Origin: Lentisphaerota bacterium
GTDB taxonomy: Bacteria > Verrucomicrobiota > Kiritimatiellia > UBA8416 > VGWI01
DNA: 64,000 nt
Direction: 5' to 3'
Assembly: GCA_016873655.1 (NCBI GenBank)
Contig: VGWI01000001.1
Coordinates: 3,343-67,342, forward strand
Shown here: piece after piece, positions 26,680 through 35,265 of the stretch
Numbering within the stretch: position 1 is the first letter of the stretch
Layout: every line of letters starts with the position of its first letter
Program-made: the position numbers and the translations under genes
The notes under the pieces: model-generated
The model's database searches: none
What the model was told of the DNA's origin: nothing
What the model saw: the letters and a program-made list of their open reading frames with translations, nothing else

Positions 26680-27123
26680 ATGGATCTGCATTCTCTGAAG
26701 AACGCGGCCGGGTCGAGGCATCGCCGGAAACGGGTTGGCCGCGGCATGGGGTCGGGGCACGGCAAGACCGCCGGCAAGGGCCACAAGGGCCAGATGGCCC
26801 GCAAGGGGCACAAGGGCAAGCTTGGGTTTGAGGGCGGCCAGATACCTCTTATACGCCGCATTCCGAAGCGCGGATTCAAGAATCCGGTGCGGATCGAGTT
26901 TTACCCTGTCAACGTGGGGGCGCTGGAGTGTTTTGAGGACGGTACGGTTGTGACTCCGGCGCTGATGCGTTCCGCGCGGCTTGTGAATGGACGCGGCGGG
27001 ATCAAGGTTCTGGGAGCCGGCGACCTCGGGCGGAAGCTGACGGTGCATGCCGACTCTTTCAGCCAGCAGGCTCGCGCCAAGATTGAAGCGGCTGGCGGCA
27101 TCTGCGAGACCGCGAGGAGCTAA
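26680..27123 (+). CDS. rplO: 50S ribosomal protein L15
   Basis: MDLHSLKNAAGSRHRRKRVGRGMGSGHGKTAGKGHKGQ matches L15. It lies only 14 bp after rpsE, so no rpmD lies between them. Confidence 0.95.
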   Translation: MDLHSLKNAAGSRHRRKRVGRGMGSGHGKTAGKGHKGQMARKGHKGKLGFEGGQIPLIRRIPKRGFKNPVRIEFYPVNVGALECFEDGTVVTPALMRSARLVNGRGGIKVLGAGDLGRKLTVHADSFSQQARAKIEAAGGICETARS

Positions 27124-28473
27124 GTGCTTTCCGCATTTTCAAACTCGTTCAGGATACCTGAACTGCGTTCGCGTATTCTGTTCACCCTTGGTCTGGTGTT
27201 CGTCAGCAGGCTGGTGGCGAGCGTTCCAGCTCCTGGAGTCGACGCCGGCGCCCTGCAGATGGTCATAAGGGACATCGAGAACCAGGTTGGGGGCGGGTTC
27301 CTGGGGATGATCGACCTTTTCAGCGGCGGCGCGCTGCGAAACTGCGCGGTCGGCGCGCTGGGGATCATGCCGTACATCAGCGCCTCGATCATTCTCCAGC
27401 TCATGACGGCGGTGATTCCCGCGCTGGAGAAGATGGTGCGCGAAGGGGATTCCGGCCGCCAGCGTCTCACGCAGTACACCAGGTACCTGACGCTTGTGAT
27501 ATGCTTGGTGCAGGGCTTTGTGATGGCGTTGAGTCTTGAGAACCCTTCTTCGCTGGGCATAAACCACATTCTGGTTCCGTTCCCGGGTTGGGGGTTCCGT
27601 CTGATGACGGTGCTGTCGCTGACTACGGGTACCCTGCTGATGATGTGGCTGGGCGAGCAGATAACGGATAGGGGGATCGGGAACGGGGTGTCGCTTATCA
27701 TTACCGTGAACATAGTCAGCCGGCTTCCCGACGCAGTCTACGCGGCCGCGAACATGTTCATGGGAACGGCTGGCGGGGGCGCGCGGTTTTCGATCTTCCA
27801 CCTGATTGGCCTGGTTGCAATGTTCTTCCTCGTCACGGCGGGTACAGTTGCGTTGACGCAGGGGCAGCGTAAGATACCGATACACACCACGAAAAGGGTG
27901 GTGGGGGCCAAGGTGTACGGGGGGCAGAACACATACATGCCGCTCCGGATAAACTATTCGGGCGTGATGCCGATCATTTTTGCATCGGTGATGATTTCCT
28001 TCCCCGCAGCCATTCTTCGATCGCTGCCGCCTGCCTTCTGCAAGCGTATCGGGGCGGCATTTGCTTCGGACGAGCCCCTGTACATGGTCGGGTACGCAGT
28101 GCTGATCCTCTTCTTCTCCTACTTCTGGGTTGCGACGCAGTTCAATCCGCTGCAGATAGCCGACGATCTTAAGAGGAATGGCGGCTACGTTCCGGGCATA
28201 AGGCCGGGGCGTCCGACGGCGGAGTTTCTCGACAAGACGATGACAAGGATTACGCTCATCGGCGCGGTGTTTCTGACGGTGATAGCGGTTCTGCCTTCAG
28301 TGCTGGCGCGGCAGTTCAGCGTTCCGTGGCTGGTGGCGTCGTTCTTCGGGGGGACGAGTCTTCTGATTGTTGTGGGCGTTGCCTTGGACACGATGCGGCA
28401 GGTTGAGTCGTACCTGCTGATGAGGCATTACGACGGTTTCTTGAAGAAGGGCCGGCTGAGAGGGCGGCGGTGA
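27124..28473 (+). CDS. secY: preprotein translocase subunit SecY
   Basis: 10-TM SecY pattern (GIMPYISASIILQLM...); GTG start directly after rplO. Confidence 0.95.
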   Translation: MLSAFSNSFRIPELRSRILFTLGLVFVSRLVASVPAPGVDAGALQMVIRDIENQVGGGFLGMIDLFSGGALRNCAVGALGIMPYISASIILQLMTAVIPALEKMVREGDSGRQRLTQYTRYLTLVICLVQGFVMALSLENPSSLGINHILVPFPGWGFRLMTVLSLTTGTLLMMWLGEQITDRGIGNGVSLIITVNIVSRLPDAVYAAANMFMGTAGGGARFSIFHLIGLVAMFFLVTAGTVALTQGQRKIPIHTTKRVVGAKVYGGQNTYMPLRINYSGVMPIIFASVMISFPAAILRSLPPAFCKRIGAAFASDEPLYMVGYAVLILFFSYFWVATQFNPLQIADDLKRNGGYVPGIRPGRPTAEFLDKTMTRITLIGAVFLTVIAVLPSVLARQFSVPWLVASFFGGTSLLIVVGVALDTMRQVESYLLMRHYDGFLKKGRLRGRR

Positions 28474-29252
28474 CGGCACCCTCCCGCGGAGCCAAGATAA
28501 GGCCGAAGACGACTTCCGAGCTGGACCGCATGCGTGTTTCCGGGCGGATTGCCGCCGAGGTGCTGGATGGTGTGGTTGCGGCGATCGCGCCGGGAGTGAG
28601 TACTCTCGATCTCGATGCGTTGGCCAGAAGGCTGATGGACGAACGCGGTTCGAAGAGTGCGTTTTTGGGGTACCGCGGGTATCCGGCGGCGATATGTGTT
28701 TCGGTGAACGATGAGGTCGTTCACGGGTTGCCTGGGCCCAGAAAGATTGGGATAGGCGACGTTGTAAGTCTTGACGTGGGTGTCGAGTACGACGGTTTCC
28801 TGGGGGATACGGCCGCGACGGTGTCGGTCGGGGTTACCGACTCTGGCGTGCTGCGTCTTCTGGAAGTTACTCGGATGGCGCTGAGGGCTGCCGTTGAGCA
28901 GGCTGTTGATGGCAGGAGGGTTTCGGACATTTCGAATGCGGTGGAGAAGACGGCCTCCGCAGCGGGTTTCTCGGTGGTCCGCGAATTCGTCGGGCACGGA
29001 ATCGGGAGCCGACTGCATGAGGAGCCGCAGGTTCCCAATTTCGGGCCTCCGGGGCGTGGCACCGTGTTGAGAGAGGGCATGACGCTGGCCATTGAGCCCA
29101 TGTTGAACATGGGTGGAGCGGCCGTGAAGGTTGAGTCGGACGGCTGGACTGTGAAGACTGTTGACGGAGGGGTTTCCGCCCACATGGAGCACACGGTTGC
29201 GGTCGGGGCAAGGAGAGCGGAAGTGCTTACGGCCAGTGCAGCCGTGTTCTGA
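28470..29252 (+). CDS. map: methionine aminopeptidase type I
   Basis: MetAP pita-bread fold with metal ligands (DVVSLDVGVEYDGFLGD, HGIGS, LAIEPM). ATGA-type overlap with secY. Confidence 0.9.
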   Translation: MTAPSRGAKIRPKTTSELDRMRVSGRIAAEVLDGVVAAIAPGVSTLDLDALARRLMDERGSKSAFLGYRGYPAAICVSVNDEVVHGLPGPRKIGIGDVVSLDVGVEYDGFLGDTAATVSVGVTDSGVLRLLEVTRMALRAAVEQAVDGRRVSDISNAVEKTASAAGFSVVREFVGHGIGSRLHEEPQVPNFGPPGRGTVLREGMTLAIEPMLNMGGAAVKVESDGWTVKTVDGGVSAHMEHTVAVGARRAEVLTASAAVF

Positions 29253-29340
29253 AAAAGGTGCGGTTCGTGTTGTTTTTTATGGACGGTAAGCGCGGGGGGC
29301 GATATCTTCCCGTGTTTCTTCCGGCCAATGGAGATATAAC

Positions 29341-29454
29341 GTGAAGGTGAGAAGTTCTGTCAGACGAGTATGTGAGCAGTGCAAGGTGGTGCGTCGCAAG
29401 CGGATCGTGCGGGTGACATGTACGAATCCGCGTCACAAGCAGCGCCAGGGCTGA
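29341..29454 (+). CDS. rpmJ: 50S ribosomal protein L36 (37 aa; below ORF-track cutoff)
   Basis: My translation [37 protein letters not shown] shows the C-x2-C...C-x4-H zinc ribbon. GTG start after GGAGAT. Confidence 0.85.
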   Translation: MKVRSSVRRVCEQCKVVRRKRIVRVTCTNPRHKQRQG

Positions 29455-29487
29455 CTGTCCTGAAGGCGCTTTTCGGGGGAGACTGGA

Positions 29488-29898
29488 ATGCCAAGATTTC
29501 TGGGCGTTGACATACCTGGACGTAAGAAGATCGAGTACTCTTTGCAGTACATTCACGGCATTGGTCCGGCCATTGCGAAGGAGATCTGCGCCAAGGCCAA
29601 GATTGATCCCGCGAAGAAGGCCGATGATCTCACTTCCGACGAGCTTCGCAGTCTCATTGGCGTTGTGCAGACCGGGTACAGGGTGGAAGGCGACCTGCGC
29701 CGGGAAGTGTCGCAGAACATCAGGCGCCTGATCAGCATTGGCAGTTATCGTGGCACACGGCACCGCCGTGGGCTTCCGGTTCGCGGCCAGCGCACCAGCA
29801 CGAACGCGCGAACGCGCAAGGGGCCGAGGCGCACCGTTGGGGCCATTCGTGACAAGGAAGCGCGTTCGGCGGTGAAGAAGGGAACAACCGGCGCGTGA
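29488..29898 (+). CDS. rpsM: 30S ribosomal protein S13
   Basis: MPRFLGVDIPGRKKIEYSLQYIHGIGPAIAKEI matches S13. Confidence 0.95.
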   Translation: MPRFLGVDIPGRKKIEYSLQYIHGIGPAIAKEICAKAKIDPAKKADDLTSDELRSLIGVVQTGYRVEGDLRREVSQNIRRLISIGSYRGTRHRRGLPVRGQRTSTNARTRKGPRRTVGAIRDKEARSAVKKGTTGA

Positions 29899-29924
29899 CG
29901 CGCTGAATGGTGGTGTGAGGGGTT

Positions 29925-30419
29925 ATGGCTGAAGAAAACGACAACGACAAGAGCGAGCAGGCGGCCGACGGTTCGTCTGAGGCATCCGGGGCTGCATCCG
30001 TTTCCGGCGATGCGGATTCGTCGGGCGAAGGGGTTGAAGCCAAGAAGGTGCATAAGGCCCGCGGCGCGAAACTGGTTCCGGCGGGCGTGGCGCACATCAG
30101 GGCTTCTTTCAACAATACGATGGTTTCGATAACAGACCGGACAGGCGCTGTCATCGCGTGGAGCTCATCCGGAAGGGCGGGTTTCAAGGGATCGCGGAAG
30201 AGCACGGCGTTTGCCGCGACGGTTGTTGCCCAGGAAGCTGCTAGGCAGGCCGTGGGTCGCGGCATGCGTGAAGTCGAGGCGCAGATTCAGGGGGCAGGTG
30301 CCGGGCGCGAGTCAGCGATCCGCGCGCTACAGTCATCCGGTCTTGCCGTGACAATGATTCGCGACGTTACACCGATTCCACACAACGGGTGCCGGGCCAG
30401 GAAGAGAAGGAGAGTCTAG
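29925..30419 (+). CDS. rpsK: 30S ribosomal protein S11 with ~30-aa acidic N-terminal extension
   Basis: Core [18 protein letters not shown]...[10 protein letters not shown] matches S11, preceded by [36 protein letters not shown]. Confidence 0.9.
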   Translation: MAEENDNDKSEQAADGSSEASGAASVSGDADSSGEGVEAKKVHKARGAKLVPAGVAHIRASFNNTMVSITDRTGAVIAWSSSGRAGFKGSRKSTAFAATVVAQEAARQAVGRGMREVEAQIQGAGAGRESAIRALQSSGLAVTMIRDVTPIPHNGCRARKRRRV

Positions 30420-31049
30420 ATGGGCAGGTACACAGGACCGTCCTGCAAGCAGTGCCGCAGGGAAGGGATGAAGCTCTTCCTGAAGGGCCAGCGTTGCACG
30501 ATGTCGAAATGCGCTATGGAGGTTGGGCGTGCCGCCCCCGGCATGCACGGTCAGCGCCGTGGCCGCAAAATGTCGGACTACGGAAGCCAGCTTCGCGAGA
30601 AGCAGAAACTGCGCAGGCAGTACGGGCTTCGCGAGGGCCAGTTCAAGCTGGCGTTCACCCGTGCATCCCGGCGGCATGGCGTAACCGGCGAAATGCTTCT
30701 CCAGACCTTGGAAACGAGGCTGGACAACGTGGTATACAGGCTGGGGTTTGCGTCATCCAGGCGCGAGGCCCGGCAGTTTGTTACGCACCGCCACGTGCTT
30801 GTCGACGGCCACAAGGCCACGATTGCCTCAATGCCGGTGAAAGTCGGTTCCGTTGTTCAGGTGAAGGACAAGACTTCGAGCCGTGAGAAGGCCCGGATGA
30901 TGATAGAGGCGAACGCGTCGCGCGAGGTGCCGGCGTGGATGAAGCGCGAAGACAAGGAAATGACCGGGACTCTTCTGCGGATTCCTAGCCGCGAGGAGAT
31001 TGCGCCGGTCGTGAACGAGCAGCTGATAGTCGAGCTTTACTCCAAATAG
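30420..31049 (+). CDS. rpsD: 30S ribosomal protein S4
   Basis: MGRYTGPSCKQCRREGMKLFLKG matches S4, including its Zn-ribbon. Confidence 0.95.
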   Translation: MGRYTGPSCKQCRREGMKLFLKGQRCTMSKCAMEVGRAAPGMHGQRRGRKMSDYGSQLREKQKLRRQYGLREGQFKLAFTRASRRHGVTGEMLLQTLETRLDNVVYRLGFASSRREARQFVTHRHVLVDGHKATIASMPVKVGSVVQVKDKTSSREKARMMIEANASREVPAWMKREDKEMTGTLLRIPSREEIAPVVNEQLIVELYSK

Positions 31050-31105
31050 GCGCCGGCCTGGAGACACCAGCAGCCGGACTCCGGTCGGGGGAAAGGACGG
31101 ATAAG

Positions 31106-32119
31106 ATGCCAATCAGGTTGAGCAGGTTCGAGATGCCTAAGCGGGTGGAGAAGGATGATTCCACCAGCACGGCAACATACGGGAAGTTCATCGCCGAGCC
31201 GTTCGAGATCGGCTACGGGCGCACGATAGGGAACAGTCTTCGCAGGGTTTTGCTGTCGTCCATTGAGGGCGCGGCCATCACCTCGGTACGCATAGCGGGC
31301 GCGGAGCACGAGTTCTGTTCCATGCCCGGCGTTTACGAAGACGTTACCGACATCATACTTGCGTTGAAGAAGGTCAGGTTCAAGACGTTCGTGCGCGACA
31401 CCAAGACTTTCACGTTGAAAGTGAAGGGCCCGAAAGAGGTGACGGCTGCGGATATCGACACCGGCGGCTTCATGGAAGTGCTAAATCCCGAGCATCACAT
31501 AGCGACAATCGAAGATGGCGCGACGCTGGAGATGGAGATTGAGGCGAGGGTCGGGCGCGGGTTCTGTCCTGCCGACTGGAACAAGAAGCCGAACCAGGAG
31601 ATTGGGCACATACCCATTGATTCCATCTTTTCGCCGGTAACCCGGGTCAATTTCGCGACTGAGATGACGCGGGTGGGCCAGCGCACGGACTATGACCGGC
31701 TGGTCATGGAAATCTGGACGGATGGTCGCATCACGCCGGACGAAGCGCTGACCATAAGCGCTTCCGTTCTGAGGCATCATCTGGACGTGTTTGTCAGCCA
31801 TGACAAGGATATCGTTGAGTTCGAGACGGTAGAGAAGCAGATGGACTCGGATCGCGAGGATCTGCGGCGCAAGCTTGCCATGAGCGTGAACGAGATTGAG
31901 CTCAGTGTTCGCGCGGCGAATTGTCTCAACAACGCCAACATCACGACTGTCGGGCAGCTGGCGATGAAGCACGAAGCGGACATGCTGAAGTACAGGAACT
32001 TCGGCAAGAAGTCATTGAACGAGATCAAGGACAAGCTTGCCGAGCTGGGTCTGTCTCTCGGCATGACTTTCGAGCCGGGAGTAATCGAAGAAAGCGGCAA
32101 GGGGAAGGCGGGGAACTGA
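31106..32119 (+). CDS. rpoA: DNA-directed RNA polymerase subunit alpha
   Basis: NTD (FIAEPFEIGYGRTIGNSLRRVLLSSIEGAAIT) and C-terminal domain (ELSVRAANCLNNANITTVGQL). Confidence 0.95.
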   Translation: MPIRLSRFEMPKRVEKDDSTSTATYGKFIAEPFEIGYGRTIGNSLRRVLLSSIEGAAITSVRIAGAEHEFCSMPGVYEDVTDIILALKKVRFKTFVRDTKTFTLKVKGPKEVTAADIDTGGFMEVLNPEHHIATIEDGATLEMEIEARVGRGFCPADWNKKPNQEIGHIPIDSIFSPVTRVNFATEMTRVGQRTDYDRLVMEIWTDGRITPDEALTISASVLRHHLDVFVSHDKDIVEFETVEKQMDSDREDLRRKLAMSVNEIELSVRAANCLNNANITTVGQLAMKHEADMLKYRNFGKKSLNEIKDKLAELGLSLGMTFEPGVIEESGKGKAGN

Positions 32120-32126
32120 TTCTGCC

Positions 32127-32543
32127 ATGCGACACAAGGTAAAATCCACCAGGCTTGGCCGCACGACGGCGCATCGCAGGGCCACTGCAGCGGCTCTGGT
32201 GCGCGGCCTGATAAACGAACAGCGGATAAAGACGACTCTTCAGAAGGCAAGGCTTACCCGGGTGCAGGCCGAGAAGATCGTGACTGTGGCCAGGAAGGGC
32301 ACGCTTGCCTCCAGAAGGCAGGTAGTCGCGTTTCTTTCAGACGGCCCGCACGTGAAGAAGCTGTTTGAGGAGATAGTTCCGCTCTGCAAAGGCAGGAACG
32401 GCGGCTACACCAGAATCATCAAGCTCGGGAGGCGTGTCAGTGACAGCTCCGAGATGGTGTTGCTCGAATGGGTCCGTTCCTCCCCGGCAGATGCAGCAGT
32501 CACGGCGGGTGACGGCGCCGAAGCCGGGGCTGAAAAGGCCTGA
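32127..32543 (+). CDS. rplQ: 50S ribosomal protein L17
   Basis: MRHKVKSTRLGRTTAHRRA matches L17. Confidence 0.95.
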   Translation: MRHKVKSTRLGRTTAHRRATAAALVRGLINEQRIKTTLQKARLTRVQAEKIVTVARKGTLASRRQVVAFLSDGPHVKKLFEEIVPLCKGRNGGYTRIIKLGRRVSDSSEMVLLEWVRSSPADAAVTAGDGAEAGAEKA

Positions 32544-32604
32544 TCGGCTTCCTGTGACGTGATGCCGCGTTCATGCGCGGCAGCGCCTGCCGGAAGGGAG
32601 AGCG

Positions 32605-33864
32605 ATGCCCCGCTACAAGTACGCGGCGATGGATTCGAAGGGCGGCGAGACGTCCGGCGAGATAGATGCCGAGAGTCAAGCCAAGGCGGTTGCCGCGATC
32701 CGTGCGCGCGGGCTGTTCCCCACGAAGCTGACGCCGACTGCTGCGGGGCCGCGTGCGTCCTCGGGCGCGAAGGGGCTCAAGACAGAGATCCGTCTGCCGC
32801 GTTTTCTGCGCGGCCGAGTTCGAACCAAGCAGCTCATGGTCTTGACCCGCCAGCTGGCGACGCTGGTAGACGCGGGACTGCCGTTGCTGCGAGGGCTCAG
32901 AATCCTGCTCAGGCAGGAGCGTAATCCGACGCTTCGCGAAGCCTTGAGCCAGATCGGCGAGGCCGTTGAGAGTGGAAGCAATTTTTCCGAGGCCCTTGCC
33001 CAGCACCCAAAGATATTCGACAACCTCTTCGTGAACATGGTTCGCGCTGGCGAAGCGGGCGGCGTTCAGGAAGTGGTGCTGCTGCGTCTGGCCGAATTCA
33101 TGGAGAAGGGCGAGCGGATCAAGAACCGCATACGCAGCGCCATGGTCTATCCCGTGGTGGTGCTTGTCGCGGCGGTCGGCATACTGTCATTCCTGCTGAC
33201 CTTTGTCATACCGAAGTTTCAGGAGATATTTGAAGATCTGCTCGGGGACCGCGGGCTGCCTGCCATCACGCAATTCGTGATAGATGTCAGCACCATCGTG
33301 AAAACGAAGGGGTTGTGGGTGGTTGGCGGAATCGCTTTGATCTGGGCTGGGTTCGTGGCTTTCGGGAGGACCCGCCGCGGAAGGCTGATCGTCGACGGGA
33401 TGAAGCTCAAGATTCCGCTGTTCGGCGGGCTGATGACTAAGACATCGGTCGCGAGATTTGCCCGGACCCTCGGGACACTGATGAGCTCGGGTGTGCCGGT
33501 GCTGCAGGCTTTGAACATTGTCCGGGACACGAGCGGCAATTCTGTTGTTGCCAAGGCGATCCAGGACGTCCATGACAGTGTGAAGGAAGGCGACGCCATG
33601 GCCGTGCCGCTCGAGGCGTGCGGTGTGTTTCCGGGCATGGTCGTAAGCATGGTTGATGTCGGTGAAGAGACCGGCGCTTTGCCTGACATGCTTGTGAAGA
33701 TAGCCGACACTTACGAGGACGAGGTCGACACAGCCGTGGAGGGCCTGACCTCGATCATCGAGCCGGTAATGATCGTGTTTCTTGCCGTCATCATCGGGAC
33801 GATAGTCATAGCGATGTTCGTGCCGCTGATTTCCATTATCGGCGAGCTGTCCGGCGGCGCGTGA
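32605..33864 (+). CDS. pilC: type II secretion/type IV pilus inner-membrane platform protein (GspF/PilC family)
   Basis: Two T2SSF-type repeats and 3 TM segments. Conserved GspF segments are LATLVDAGLPLLRGL and GEETGALPDML. RBS GGAAGGGAG lies before ATG 32605. Confidence 0.85.
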   Translation: MPRYKYAAMDSKGGETSGEIDAESQAKAVAAIRARGLFPTKLTPTAAGPRASSGAKGLKTEIRLPRFLRGRVRTKQLMVLTRQLATLVDAGLPLLRGLRILLRQERNPTLREALSQIGEAVESGSNFSEALAQHPKIFDNLFVNMVRAGEAGGVQEVVLLRLAEFMEKGERIKNRIRSAMVYPVVVLVAAVGILSFLLTFVIPKFQEIFEDLLGDRGLPAITQFVIDVSTIVKTKGLWVVGGIALIWAGFVAFGRTRRGRLIVDGMKLKIPLFGGLMTKTSVARFARTLGTLMSSGVPVLQALNIVRDTSGNSVVAKAIQDVHDSVKEGDAMAVPLEACGVFPGMVVSMVDVGEETGALPDMLVKIADTYEDEVDTAVEGLTSIIEPVMIVFLAVIIGTIVIAMFVPLISIIGELSGGA

Positions 33865-34020
33865 TTCGGCCACGCCGCGGTTTCGACAGTCGCATACTCC
33901 AGCATGCCTCCATGTGCACGGCGGTGCACTGTCGGCGCTGTCCGACGATCACGGTTGTCTGGGTGAGTGCCTTCAACCAACTTAACCGCAACGTCTTGTG
34001 TGTTAGTAGGTCTATGGCGC

Positions 34021-34350
34021 ATGCCGTGCTTGGGCCGGTATGGCGAGGTCCAGGAAGAGATGGTCGAGGAGGCCGATGGGGCCGTCACCTCCGGCGCTGT
34101 CGCGACGAACAAGCTCCAGGATCCGTCGGCAACCAATGCTGCTGCCGTGGAATACGATGTTCCCGAGTACGCATATCGTCTGCAGGGCAAGGTGGAGAGG
34201 AAAGAGGGGGCGAAGGTTGGCGGTTCCGCGCCGGGCGGCCCGCAGGAAACGGAACGCAGCGGCGGAGTTGATGTCGGCCGCACCAGACAGACCTGTGGGG
34301 AGATGCCGCTGCCCCCACCTCCGGTTCCTGGCAGGTGCGCAGGTGTTTGA
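34021..34350 (+). CDS. possible small acidic protein, unknown function (weak call)
   Basis: It is the only frame in the 33.9-34.5 kb gap with high GC3 and protein-like composition (EEMVEEADGAVTSGAVATNKLQDP...). There is no convincing RBS; the start is uncertain (34021 or 34060). Confidence 0.2.
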   Translation: MPCLGRYGEVQEEMVEEADGAVTSGAVATNKLQDPSATNAAAVEYDVPEYAYRLQGKVERKEGAKVGGSAPGGPQETERSGGVDVGRTRQTCGEMPLPPPPVPGRCAGV

Positions 34351-34563
34351 GATGGTCATTGCCTCGGTTCCGGCTGTTCGATCTCGCGTTGTGGCGGCAC
34401 CGACGCGTGCGGTGCGACAAGGATTTCCGGTCCGACTGACTCACCATACTTCGATGCCCCCTTTGCTTCGGTAACATCAATTGTGGCGCAATGCGCCTCC
34501 GAAAAAGAGTTTTGATTCCCCCTGCCATTCCGTATAGTGTGCCGACACACTGGGAGGTGGTGC

Positions 34564-35229
34564 ATGACGCGTACAGCTCCTTTTCGCGTGTTTCGGACGG
34601 TGTTGTTTTCGGCCGTGCTTGTGGTTCCCGTGTCGGTGTTCGGGCAGGTTTCGCGAAGCGGGTCCCGCTATGTGGCAGCCTCGTCAGGTGCTGTCGCGGC
34701 CGAAGGCGAGGTCGTCAGGATCCGCAAGTTGCGCGGGTTGAGTGCCCAGGACAAGATCCGCACTCCCAACTATCAGACCGATCTTACGGGCCCGACCAAG
34801 CCCGCCAAGGAGTGGGTGAACATATCGGTCAGCTACGACACTTACCCCGAGATAATCGAAGAGCTCACCTTCCGGTTCTATGTCCTTGCGGGTAAGCGGG
34901 TCGCTGGTTCCCCGGCGCCGGCTTACACTTTCTACCAGGCCAATGTCACTTATCTCGACATTGAGGCTGGACGCGGACATGAGGGCAGCGTTCTCCTGCG
35001 GCCCCCGGCCCTGAAGCTTCACGGTGACCTCATTGCGTTGGCCGTGGAAGTGTATCACAAGGGTGAGGTGGTCGGCCAAGAGAGCGACGGGCCTCGTGAC
35101 TTTGCGGCTGACTGGTGGAAGAAGGTTGACCAGCCCGGCGTCACGGCCAGAGCCGGGTATCTTCTGCCCCGTTCTCAGACACCGTTTGCCTTCGTCAACC
35201 CGGATGACTACGAGTATGCCAGGCCATAG
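34564..35229 (+). CDS. secreted hypothetical protein (Sec signal peptide), unknown function
   Basis: RBS GGGAGGTGG precedes ATG 34564. N-terminal signal peptide MTRTAPFRVFRTVLFSAVLVVPVSVFGQ; no recognisable domain. It is not a class III (prepilin) signal. Confidence 0.6.
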   Translation: MTRTAPFRVFRTVLFSAVLVVPVSVFGQVSRSGSRYVAASSGAVAAEGEVVRIRKLRGLSAQDKIRTPNYQTDLTGPTKPAKEWVNISVSYDTYPEIIEELTFRFYVLAGKRVAGSPAPAYTFYQANVTYLDIEAGRGHEGSVLLRPPALKLHGDLIALAVEVYHKGEVVGQESDGPRDFAADWWKKVDQPGVTARAGYLLPRSQTPFAFVNPDDYEYARP

Positions 35230-35265
35230 TCGGCGGGGTCCCATTCGGTCCGGAAGCAGTTCGGA

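Noticed and set aside
33711-34283. 190-aa Ser/Thr/Pro-rich minus-strand ORF in the pilC-pilM spacer
   Set aside because: Its composition looks like antisense of a coding frame. I preferred the plus-strand acidic frame, with low confidence in either.
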